A stretch of DNA of 64,000 nt from a bacterium (GTDB taxonomy: Bacteria > Patescibacteriota > Saccharimonadia > Saccharimonadales > SZUA-47): assembly GCA_030427125.1 (NCBI GenBank), contig JAUHXF010000001.1, positions 116,102-180,101 on the forward strand, written 5' to 3'. This document shows positions 29,864 to 38,453 of this stretch, one piece after another (position 1 is the stretch's first letter; each line of letters opens with the position of its first letter). Below the pieces are notes generated by a model. The model saw only the letters and a program-made list of their open reading frames with translations. It searched no databases and was not told the origin of the DNA. The position numbers and the translations under genes are program-made.

Positions 29864-30922
29864 ATGACACAAACAAAGATTTTTCGACTATCGACGCTTT
29901 TGGCGATAGTTGGTTTATTAATGGCACTTTTGCTGCCAGCAGTTCCTGCGAGCGCTTTAACAAATAGTTCATTGCTATTGTCAGATCCGCGTACTGGCGA
30001 GACAAGTGACTACACACTAACGACTAGCGGTCTAACAACTGGAACTACGATCAACTGTATACAGCTGGATATCGGTACCGCATCTGATGGTACAGGCGAT
30101 GTTGGGCTTGATCTTTCAAGTGTCGATGTAACGACTGAAACAATTACATCTGGTGGTGCATGGGCAGATGCGAGCGTTGACGGTACAACTGATCAATTGC
30201 GATACACATCAGCTGGTGGAGCAACACCAAATGCCTCAGGTTCAATTACTTGGGATGATGTCGTCAATGGATCCACTGAAGGTGCAACATACTACGGCGT
30301 ATTTGAGACATTTAGCAATACCGACTGTTCAACCGGTGGTCCTGTCGACTCGGTCACTGTTGCATTCACCTACAAAGACGGAGAATTGGTGCAACTTACA
30401 ATTGATCCAACACTAACATTTACTTGTTCAGATGTCGCATCTGGACTGCCGGTAAACGGTGTGAACACAACAGTTGCTTCGACTGCGAGCGGTATTAATC
30501 ATGGCAATTCAGTAACATTTGGTGCCAAAGGTATATCAGCACATGATTTGAACGTGACCACAAATGCACCTGGCGGCTACACTGTGTACATCCGCCACAC
30601 AGGACAGCTTACAAATGGTTCTGACAACATTGCTAATCACACCGGTACAAATGCAGCGCCTACAGCTTTCCCTGCTGCAGGTACTGAAGCCTGGGGCTAT
30701 ACAACTGAGGATAATACTCTAGGAGGTGGTGGAGCGACACGGTTTACTGCTGCAAATGGATACGCCGGCTTTACGACTACTAACGAGCCAGTCATGGACA
30801 ACACAGGTGCAGCTCCAAGTGGTGACACGGTTCGTGTTGGTCACCAGGTTGGTGTAGCGAATACTACACCGTCAGGTACATACCAGACGACCATTGTGTA
30901 CACAGTTGCTTCTGTGTACTAA
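29864..30922 (+). CDS. secreted protein carrying the shared C-terminal module (small CscB/WxL-like analogue?)
   Basis: Start at the internal ATG preceded by GAGAGGG. Signal peptide. C-terminal …PTLTFTCSD…GTYQTTIVYTVASVY is homologous to the C-termini of both giant proteins. Confidence 0.55.
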   Translation: MTQTKIFRLSTLLAIVGLLMALLLPAVPASALTNSSLLLSDPRTGETSDYTLTTSGLTTGTTINCIQLDIGTASDGTGDVGLDLSSVDVTTETITSGGAWADASVDGTTDQLRYTSAGGATPNASGSITWDDVVNGSTEGATYYGVFETFSNTDCSTGGPVDSVTVAFTYKDGELVQLTIDPTLTFTCSDVASGLPVNGVNTTVASTASGINHGNSVTFGAKGISAHDLNVTTNAPGGYTVYIRHTGQLTNGSDNIANHTGTNAAPTAFPAAGTEAWGYTTEDNTLGGGGATRFTAANGYAGFTTTNEPVMDNTGAAPSGDTVRVGHQVGVANTTPSGTYQTTIVYTVASVY

Positions 30923-31013
30923 AACTCACAAGCAGTGATGTACAAAAGACCCCGTTTGCGCGGGGTCTTTCTCTTGAGTAGTCTATAAAAACAGGGTAGA
31001 CTACTTAGTAAGT

Positions 31014-32003
31014 ATGGGGTTCACACACAGACACATTGCCAGGTGGGCAAGCGTCGCTTTAATTGCACTAGTTAGTATTTTTGCTGTTTTCACTGTCTCG
31101 TCCAGTGCACAAGAACCAGCTGAGACTATTTCACTTGGTATTTCACCGCAAATTCTTGATGTGACGGCTAATCCTGGAGAGACACTTGAGAATACATTCC
31201 GATTAACGAATGCTTCTCCAGCGTCAGTCGATATCCAAGCAACACCAAAGAACTTTACACCTCGTGGGGAGGAAGGCGCCGTTGATTTAACCGTCGATGA
31301 CACTAGTTTCTCCTTAGCAGACTGGGTTAGTGTGTCGCCTGAGCGAACAGTAATTGAGCCTGGTCAAACAACTGATTTTGCTGTTACGATTGTGGTGCCA
31401 GATAACGCTGAGCCTGGTAGCCATTTTGGCTCAGTGGTTTTTCAGACAATTCCACCAGAAGATGCTACCGCAGACGCCTTAGTGAGCCAGGAAATAGCTC
31501 CGGTAATACTTGTAAAAATAGCTGGAAACACGACCGAGACAGCCGAGATAGAAGAACTCACCACTGATCAGAATAGCTACGGTAGTAACCCAACAATTCA
31601 GTTAATTTCTCGCATAAAGAACACCGGAAATGTTCACTTCAAACCGGTGGGTAAGATTACTATCAAGAATATGTGGGGAAACGAGATTGCTGAATTAGAG
31701 CTGGATCGAAGAAATGTGCTGCCAGATTCTATTCGGCAAATAACAACTGATTGGCAGCCAGAAGGGTTTCAATTAGGCAGATACACCGCAACTTTAACTC
31801 TTGTGTATGGAGAGAATGATGAAATACGTGTCGAAGAAACGAGTTTCACGATTTTCCCTTGGGAGATAATATTACCAATTGTAGCTGGAGCTGTAATAGT
31901 GAGTTTTGTAGCCATACGTTATCGAAAGCGCTTTGCACTAGCTGCAAAAGTACTCAGCGGTAAACAAGATACTAATTCAAACTCAAAAGGCACAAAAGAG
32001 TAA
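31014..32003 (+). CDS. signal-peptide protein with C-terminal TM anchor (paralog of 28886..29800)
   Basis: Same architecture: signal peptide, beta-rich ectodomain, and a C-terminal TM (ILPIVAGAVIVSFVAI) plus RYRKR tail. Confidence 0.5.
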   Translation: MGFTHRHIARWASVALIALVSIFAVFTVSSSAQEPAETISLGISPQILDVTANPGETLENTFRLTNASPASVDIQATPKNFTPRGEEGAVDLTVDDTSFSLADWVSVSPERTVIEPGQTTDFAVTIVVPDNAEPGSHFGSVVFQTIPPEDATADALVSQEIAPVILVKIAGNTTETAEIEELTTDQNSYGSNPTIQLISRIKNTGNVHFKPVGKITIKNMWGNEIAELELDRRNVLPDSIRQITTDWQPEGFQLGRYTATLTLVYGENDEIRVEETSFTIFPWEIILPIVAGAVIVSFVAIRYRKRFALAAKVLSGKQDTNSNSKGTKE

Positions 32004-32008
32004 GTAGC

Positions 32009-33394
32009 GTGCATAGAATCACACAACTAATGGTGGTAGGGTTGTTTGTAGGTCTATTTTCACTAGCTATAGCAAATAACGGCGCTGCCATCTCGCGAAC
32101 GGAAGACATAGAGTTAACAATCCCTGATACCGTGTTGGAAATTAGTGGCTATGCAGCTCCAGGCGCGCTCGTAACAATTCAGGAAGGTAGTTCTACGCTA
32201 GGCACAGTCCTGGCAAACGCGGAAGGAGCTTATTCAACAGTACTTACTTCGCAAGACGCAGGTTTGCGCTCTATTAAGACATATTTTACTGATGCAGAGG
32301 GTATACGCTCTCAGACAAGCACAAGGAATATTAGTATTCAACCACAGCGAGTTACCTCGTTTGAAACATATTTAAGCCCAACAATTATCCGGCGAACACC
32401 TACGCAAGTTCAGAGCGGCAGTATCGTACAGATTGTTGGTTATACAGTTGCTGATGCACGCGTGTCATTGTCATTCGGCGTCGTTGGAGATGAACAGCAG
32501 GTCATTGCGAACTCAGCAGGATATTATGAATTTTTATTAGACACTAAAATTTTAGATGATGGAAAGTACACTGTTTCAACATCAAGTAAAAAAACAGGAT
32601 TGACAGATAGCAGTGAGCAGTCTAAATCTGTTTCTTTTCGAGTTGTTAGCAAAGAAAAGTCAGAGGAAGGTGCCCCTGACATAATCGTCCGTCCTAATCA
32701 ATTACCTCCCCCTATTCCACAGTCACCAGATGACGGATCTGTCATAGTCGGCGACAGTGTATTAATAACTGGTGAGTCAGTGCCTTATGCTCAAATTGTA
32801 ATTTACGAAAATGGCAAGGTTATTGGCTCAGTACTTTCGAATGGACAGGGTAAATGGGAATTCAACTATACCGCTACATCAAGCCCCATAGTATTAACAT
32901 TTGAAGCGTGTCGGGAGGGGGTCTGTAGTGTTCTATCGCAGTCTTTATCTCTGTCGTTTCCAGCATTGGTAAGCACTCAGAATCCATGTAGCAAGCAGGT
33001 TTTTGAGCTGGAGTCTTATCGATTTTGGGGTGTACTGCCAAACGAGGAGGTGATGCTAGATGTATTGTTAACAAATGGTGACGGGGTGTTATTTGTAGAT
33101 TGGGGTGACGGTACTACTGAAGAACGGTTTGATCATGATGCGGATAGACCAACGTCCTACGAACATGTTTATAGCACAGGCCAGCATAATGGCTCTATCA
33201 GATTTGAACAAGGGGAGTGTAATATAGCACGATACTTTAGTGTAGATGCTCGTGGCCATAGTGGCATTAACACAAATTTTTACCTTATGGCATTGCTGAT
33301 TCTGGCCATCTTACCGTTTAGTTATTGGTCATATATCGAAGGTAAGGTTCTAATGCAAAAAGAAGTAAAAAAAGCGACAAAGAGCAACATATAG
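32009..33394 (+). CDS. Ig-like (Big) repeat surface protein with C-terminal TM anchor
   Basis: Signal peptide, repeated ~90-aa beta-sandwich-like units and a C-terminal hydrophobic helix. Confidence 0.45.
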   Translation: MHRITQLMVVGLFVGLFSLAIANNGAAISRTEDIELTIPDTVLEISGYAAPGALVTIQEGSSTLGTVLANAEGAYSTVLTSQDAGLRSIKTYFTDAEGIRSQTSTRNISIQPQRVTSFETYLSPTIIRRTPTQVQSGSIVQIVGYTVADARVSLSFGVVGDEQQVIANSAGYYEFLLDTKILDDGKYTVSTSSKKTGLTDSSEQSKSVSFRVVSKEKSEEGAPDIIVRPNQLPPPIPQSPDDGSVIVGDSVLITGESVPYAQIVIYENGKVIGSVLSNGQGKWEFNYTATSSPIVLTFEACREGVCSVLSQSLSLSFPALVSTQNPCSKQVFELESYRFWGVLPNEEVMLDVLLTNGDGVLFVDWGDGTTEERFDHDADRPTSYEHVYSTGQHNGSIRFEQGECNIARYFSVDARGHSGINTNFYLMALLILAILPFSYWSYIEGKVLMQKEVKKATKSNI

Positions 33395-33475
33395 ATAGAA
33401 GTTTTACTTTTCATTACCTAAAGTGTTACAGGGGTAGTAAATCGTATGCAAGTAAGTTATAATTGTGTCTCAGTC

Positions 33476-33552
33476 CGGGGTGTAGCTCAGTTGGCTAGAG
33501 TGCGCGGTTTGGGACCGTGAGGTCGTAGGTTCAAGTCCTATCACCCCGACCA
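33476..33552 (+). tRNA. tRNA-Pro(TGG)
   Basis: Cloverleaf folded by hand: a 7-bp acceptor stem CGGGGTG/CACCCCG, anticodon loop TTTGGGA, T-loop TTCAAGT, and an encoded CCA. Confidence 0.85.
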
Positions 33553-33608
33553 TAAAAGATTCACAGATACTGTGAGTCTTTTTTAATTGGCTGTATAATC
33601 AGTACATT

Positions 33609-34262
33609 GTGTTAAAGCTTCTCATAGCAACGGTGCCAATTGCCTTTATCTTGCTCTTGTCTGAATATTTGTGGCGCAAGAAAGTTGTCAGAGGAGAACG
33701 GGCACGAAAACTAATTCACATTCTTGCTGGTGTATGGATGGCGATGTGGCCATTCTATCTACCGTTTGACGGTATATTTATGCTTGGTTTTCTCGCTATG
33801 ACCGTGCTGTTGTACTCTCGTTTTACAAATTTATTTCATGCGATGTATGCAGTAAAGCGAAAGACTTATGGTGAGTTATTCTTCGCACTCGCAATTATTG
33901 TATGTGCGTATTTAGGCCAGGAGCCGTGGGTTTTTTCGGTGTCTATTTTGCTTCTCGCGGTTGCAGATGGTGGAGCGGCGATTGTTGGGCGCTATTGGGG
34001 TGCGGGTAATAGCTACTTTGTCTTTGGAAATAAAAATCTCCAGAAAAGTATTGCAGGGACAGCCGCATACTTAGTATTGGCGTATGTTTCGATAGGAGTT
34101 GGTTGGCTCGAAGGAGGTGAGCAAGTTATACAGGATAATGTTGTACTTGTACTATTGGTTCTCCCGTTCGGCGCGACATTATTAGAAAATACCGCACCGT
34201 ATGGCAGCGATAATATATTAACCCCACTGTATGCAACAGTCCTTCTGAACGGCCTGCTATAA
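33609..34262 (+). CDS. polyprenol/dolichol kinase-like membrane protein (DGK1/SEC59/VTE5 CTP-dependent kinase family)
   Basis: Multi-TM protein with the family C-terminal motif LAVADGGAAIVGRYWG. Confidence 0.45.
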   Translation: MLKLLIATVPIAFILLLSEYLWRKKVVRGERARKLIHILAGVWMAMWPFYLPFDGIFMLGFLAMTVLLYSRFTNLFHAMYAVKRKTYGELFFALAIIVCAYLGQEPWVFSVSILLLAVADGGAAIVGRYWGAGNSYFVFGNKNLQKSIAGTAAYLVLAYVSIGVGWLEGGEQVIQDNVVLVLLVLPFGATLLENTAPYGSDNILTPLYATVLLNGLL

Positions 34263-34271
34263 TATACGAAG

Positions 34272-34805
34272 ATGATTAAAAAAGTAGAAGAAAACCTACG
34301 TGAGTTTGTCTATGGAGGCATGGACGGCGCAGTAACGACATTTGCTATTGTCACTGGTGCTGCAGGGGCAGGTTTCAGTACAAAAATAATACTTATATTA
34401 GGTCTTGCTAACGTATTTGCCGATGGCTTTTCTATGGCGGTTGGAGCGTATTTAAGCGAAAAAGCTGACATGGAGTTAGAAGCAAAAAACACCAAAGTAC
34501 AAGGTGATCAACCAGGTGTGCCGCTTGCTGCTTCTGTGGCTACATTTATTTCATTTGTTCTCGTAGGGTTTATTCCGCTAAGTATTTATATAATCGATTA
34601 TATAGCTGATCTTGGGCTTGGTGATGATGCGCTTGTGTATTCAATATTCTTAACACTAGTCGCCTTTGCAGCCATTGGCTATTTACGAGCAGTTATTACG
34701 CATATCAGTAAAGCGAAATCTGTACTAGAGTCCCTTGGGCTTGGAGTGGCAGCGGCAATAATTTCTTACTCACTTGGTAGTGTGCTCGAAGGATTAATTA
34801 CGTAA
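34272..34805 (+). CDS. VIT1/CCC1-family membrane transporter
   Basis: FVYGGMDGAVTTFAIVTGAAGA signature. 177 aa. Confidence 0.6.
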   Translation: MIKKVEENLREFVYGGMDGAVTTFAIVTGAAGAGFSTKIILILGLANVFADGFSMAVGAYLSEKADMELEAKNTKVQGDQPGVPLAASVATFISFVLVGFIPLSIYIIDYIADLGLGDDALVYSIFLTLVAFAAIGYLRAVITHISKAKSVLESLGLGVAAAIISYSLGSVLEGLIT

Positions 34806-34811
34806 TTTTAC

Positions 34812-35297
34812 TTAGTTGTGTGGGTGGACGTCGTCAGTGTGACGTTGACCTTTGCCAAGATATTTTTGTTCAAGATTGCCAACTGCTAGGTTCGTGAGTA
34901 CCACGAGGCCTGTCAAGCAAAGCGCAAGCCAATATCGTTCAAGTCCAACTGTTATACCGATTCCTGCTGCAAAAAGTATTGATGCAGCCGTTGTAAGGTA
35001 GTAGACACTGTGTGATTTCTCACTCTTAAGAACTGTACCAGCACCGATAAAGCTAATACCGACAATAACGGCTTCGATAACACGAACAGGGTCCGACTGA
35101 ACCGCAACGGGGCTTGTGGCAAAGTCTCGGATTAGGAGTGTGCTAATGCCCATAACGAGTGCCGCTGCACCAGCGACGAACATGTGCGTACGTATGCCAG
35201 CTGGTTTTTTTGATAGTTCTCGCTCGATACCTATAATACCGCCCATGCTGACAGCAACGACAACTTGTAGGAAAATATCTATTTCTTCTTGAGTCAT
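34812..35297 (-). CDS. MgtC/SapB family membrane protein
   Basis: MgtC N-terminal signature VSMGGIIGIERE and four or five TM helices. Confidence 0.75.
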   Translation of the reverse strand: MTQEEIDIFLQVVVAVSMGGIIGIERELSKKPAGIRTHMFVAGAAALVMGISTLLIRDFATSPVAVQSDPVRVIEAVIVGISFIGAGTVLKSEKSHSVYYLTTAASILFAAGIGITVGLERYWLALCLTGLVVLTNLAVGNLEQKYLGKGQRHTDDVHPHN

Positions 35298-35385
35298 ATA
35301 GTAAGCATAAGTATTACAGAAGTCTTTATTCGATACAAGGATTTGCTGAAAATAAAAAAGACCACTACTTTGTGATCTTCATTTG

Positions 35386-35462
35386 GGGCGAGTGATGGGA
35401 ATTGAACCCACGGCCTTCGGAACCACAACCCGACGCTCTAACCAACTGAGCTACACCCGCCA
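35386..35462 (-). tRNA. tRNA-His(GTG) with genome-encoded G-1
   Basis: On the minus strand an 8-bp acceptor stem GGCGGGTG/CACTCGCC pairs G-1 with C73. Anticodon loop TTGTGGT. CCA encoded. Confidence 0.8.
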
Positions 35463-35481
35463 TAACTGTTTAGTATAACTT

Positions 35482-35558
35482 GGTACCCTGGGAGGGAGTC
35501 GAACCCCCGACACGCGGGATAGAAGCCCGCTGCTCTAATCCGCTGAGCTACCAGGGCA
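35482..35558 (-). tRNA. tRNA-Arg(TCT)
   Basis: Minus strand: acceptor GCCCTGG/CCAGGGT, anticodon stem GCGGG/CCCGC with loop CTTCTAT, T-loop TTCGACT, CCA encoded. Confidence 0.8.
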
Positions 35559-35567
35559 TCTATTTTT

Positions 35568-35642
35568 GGTGCGGGTGGCGGGAGTCTAACCCGCGTCGCC
35601 TGCTTGGAAGGCAGGAATAATAAACGTTATACCACACCCGCT
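35568..35642 (-). tRNA. tRNA-Gly(TCC), AT-rich atypical D-arm
   Basis: Minus strand: acceptor GCGGGTG/CACCCGC, anticodon stem CCTGC/GCAGG with loop CTTCCAA, T-arm GCGGG-TTAGACT-CCCGC, CCA encoded. The D-arm GTAT/AACGTTTA/TTAT pairs weakly. Confidence 0.6.
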
Positions 35643-35670
35643 CGATAAAAATAGCGCAGCGTAACGGGGG

Positions 35671-37041
35671 TTGATTATAGCAGAAAACATTCTCATTCGG
35701 AAGCAAGAACGGTATACTACCTTCATGTATCAACAAGTAAAAAACGTTATCAAGAAGCTGGTGCCTCAGAAATTTCGCTATTCTCTAGCAAATTCATTGC
35801 ACTGGATAGAGGCGTTTGGTGCCAACATCGCGACTGGCTTCCCAGCAAGAAAGCTAAAAGTCATTGGTGTAACGGGTACTTCTGGCAAGTCCACGACGAC
35901 TGCCATGATATCGCATATATTTAATGTGAACGGATACAAAGCGGCTCATTTCACAACGACAAATGCATACTGGGGTGGTGAAGAGCACGTGAATGCGTCG
36001 ACACTCACGACAGAGCGGCCACTAATGTTGTACAGACGAATAAAATCAGTCGTTGACGCAGGAGATGAGTATTTAATCATCGAGTCATCCGCGCATGCAG
36101 TTGTGCAGCATCGTTTAGCGTTCATCCCATTTGGAGGTGCAGTATTTACAAATCTCAGCCACGACCATCTTGATTATTTCGGTGATATGAATACGTACGC
36201 ATCTGCAAAGCAAGGATTATTTAAATTGGTCTCGAGACATGACGGCTATGGGGTGTTTAGGGATTCAGACGACTATAGCGCACTGATGTACAGTCCAATA
36301 GCTGAAGAGAAAAGAATGACGTTTGATTTTGACACGGGATCTATCCAGGCGCATGACATTAGTGAAAAGGACGGTGTCTCTTCGTTTACCGTGTCCTTTA
36401 AAAGCGAGTCTGTCGAGGTTAAAATGCCGCTTATCGGCAAGCATAATGTTTTAAATGCATTAGCTGCAGCTGGCTGTGCTGTGCAAGAGGGAATAGACTT
36501 TACGCAAGCGGCAAAGGCACTTGATTCATTCCAGGGAGTTAAAGGTCGGATGGAGCGGTTAACTGCCCCTAATGGAGCACAAGTACTTATCGATTTTGCA
36601 CACACGCCTGAAGCATTTGAACTCATTTTGTCCGATTTGCAGCGATCAAAAACAGGAAAATTGATAGCAGTTTTTGGTGGATATGGCGATCGAGATCCGA
36701 CCATTAGAGCGCCGTTTGGCAGTATTGCAGCCACATATTGTGATGACATTATACTTACCGAAGATACCGTTGGCTCGGAGACGGTCGCAGCAATCAACCA
36801 GGATATTATAACTGGAATAAAATCCGTAGCATCATATAAAGGTGGCTACTTAGAAATTGAGGCTCGAGAAGAAGCGATACAGGAAGCACTAAAACGAGCT
36901 GGACCTAACGACACGGTCGCGTTGCTCGGCAAAGGTCACGAGCGTGAGATTAAGCGATACCCGACAGATAAACCGTGGGATGAGATTCAAGCGACTAGAG
37001 ATGCATTTGATGTGCTTAGTAGGGGCAAAAATGCAAAATAA
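35671..37041 (+). CDS. Mur ligase family protein, MurE-like (UDP-MurNAc-dipeptide:diamino acid ligase)
   Basis: GVTGTSGKSTT P-loop, NLSHDHLDYFG, GKHNVLNALAAAG and GVKGRMER motifs, typical of MurE/MurF-type ligases. Confidence 0.6.
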   Translation: MIIAENILIRKQERYTTFMYQQVKNVIKKLVPQKFRYSLANSLHWIEAFGANIATGFPARKLKVIGVTGTSGKSTTTAMISHIFNVNGYKAAHFTTTNAYWGGEEHVNASTLTTERPLMLYRRIKSVVDAGDEYLIIESSAHAVVQHRLAFIPFGGAVFTNLSHDHLDYFGDMNTYASAKQGLFKLVSRHDGYGVFRDSDDYSALMYSPIAEEKRMTFDFDTGSIQAHDISEKDGVSSFTVSFKSESVEVKMPLIGKHNVLNALAAAGCAVQEGIDFTQAAKALDSFQGVKGRMERLTAPNGAQVLIDFAHTPEAFELILSDLQRSKTGKLIAVFGGYGDRDPTIRAPFGSIAATYCDDIILTEDTVGSETVAAINQDIITGIKSVASYKGGYLEIEAREEAIQEALKRAGPNDTVALLGKGHEREIKRYPTDKPWDEIQATRDAFDVLSRGKNAK

Positions 37042-37843
37042 CAGGATAGAATCACTGCTTCAAGATATCGAGACTGTACTCATTGGCTTGCGAGATGACG
37101 TGGTTGCTGGAGCAGGTACAACAGACGTTATGTATAAGGCGGATGGTAGTGAGCAGACCGATATGGACGTTCGAGTTGAGCAAACGGTTTTTGATTTTGT
37201 GAAGTCGCGATATCCTGAGGTGACTTTTTACGGTGAGGAGACGGGATATGGTCTGCCGTTACCTGAGCTATGCTGTTTGCTTGATCCGATTGACGGTACA
37301 AAAAGCTACGTTGAGGGTACAGATGGCTACACTGCTATGGCAGTACTTATCTTAAATAATGTAGCAGTGGGTTCGATCATCTACCGGTATACGGACGGAG
37401 CGTCATTTATCGCAATAAAGGGTAGTGGTGCAACGAAAAATGGAGAGAAAATTTCTCTGCAAAACACTGATCTTCCGAGAACTATTTACTGTCGAGAGCG
37501 CATGATTCCTTTTGTGCAGCAGCTACCAGAACTTCATGGTTACACGGTAGAAAAAGGTCCTACCGGTGCGGGTCACGGCTTCGCATTAGTTGCAGAAGGT
37601 GCGATAGCAGCTCGCATAAACGCCACACATTCCGTTGGCGGCGGCGGGTTTATCCATGACTACGCGCCTGGAACCTTGCTTGTGGAAGAGGCTGGAGGTT
37701 CAGTGGTGCCCTTTGAAGACAAGCCGTACGCAGTAGATACCTTCAGTTTTGTCGCATGTCATCCTGCATTATCTAGCACGGTGTCTTCCGTACGTACAGC
37801 GCTAGCTAGTATTGAGGTTGATAGTCTAGGAAAGAAAATCTAG
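37031..37843 (+). CDS. inositol monophosphatase family (IMPase/SuhB/CysQ-like) phosphatase
   Basis: LLDPIDGT metal-binding motif and a downstream GG motif. Start taken at the ATG at 37031, which overlaps the upstream gene end by 11 nt. Confidence 0.7.
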   Translation: MQNNRIESLLQDIETVLIGLRDDVVAGAGTTDVMYKADGSEQTDMDVRVEQTVFDFVKSRYPEVTFYGEETGYGLPLPELCCLLDPIDGTKSYVEGTDGYTAMAVLILNNVAVGSIIYRYTDGASFIAIKGSGATKNGEKISLQNTDLPRTIYCRERMIPFVQQLPELHGYTVEKGPTGAGHGFALVAEGAIAARINATHSVGGGGFIHDYAPGTLLVEEAGGSVVPFEDKPYAVDTFSFVACHPALSSTVSSVRTALASIEVDSLGKKI

Positions 37844-38392
37844 CGCGTCTTTTGTAAGCTCTTTTATATCTCGCGTTCCATCTAGCTGCAATGTGTTTTG
37901 GTGCTCGTGGAATGAAGAGAAATTTTCAACTCGGTCCATAAACGTATGCTTTGAAGGTCCGTGCTCGCCAGCAGCGATTCGTTCTTGAATGCGTTCATAC
38001 GCAATATCGGGTGGCGTATTTAGTTCAATGATGTATACATCAAGTTCTACGCTTTTTTCATGTGCTGCTGTGCGAATAAAGTCAATCAACCTGGTAAATA
38101 CACCTTCATCGGTGAATGGCTGATTCCACATAATTATTGCTCCGTCTTGTGCTGCACGTACAGCCTGGAGTCGTAGCCAGCGAAACGGGTGAATTGCTTT
38201 TGGCAAGTCTTGTGCTGTAAGCTCTTCAGAAAATTTTTTGTAGCCGGGGTTATTCAGATCAAGCGCATCTGGATCCAGCAAGACAATGTTTTCGTTTCCC
38301 AGAGTCTGCAATAATTGATGTGCTAAGTAGGACTTTCCACTTCCTGGAATACCACGTATAAATACTAGCTTTGCATGTTGTGTGTGACTCAT
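37826..38392 (-). CDS. P-loop kinase-like protein (AAA_33/zeta-toxin/CPT-like fold), function unknown
   Basis: Walker A GIPGSGKS at the N-terminus and a following Asp-containing segment. 188 aa. Confidence 0.4.
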   Translation of the reverse strand: MSHTQHAKLVFIRGIPGSGKSYLAHQLLQTLGNENIVLLDPDALDLNNPGYKKFSEELTAQDLPKAIHPFRWLRLQAVRAAQDGAIIMWNQPFTDEGVFTRLIDFIRTAAHEKSVELDVYIIELNTPPDIAYERIQERIAAGEHGPSKHTFMDRVENFSSFHEHQNTLQLDGTRDIKELTKDALDFLS

Positions 38393-38453
38393 AATCTGAG
38401 AATATTATACACTCTACAAGCACTTGTCATTGTGCTAGAGTTATATACACAGT

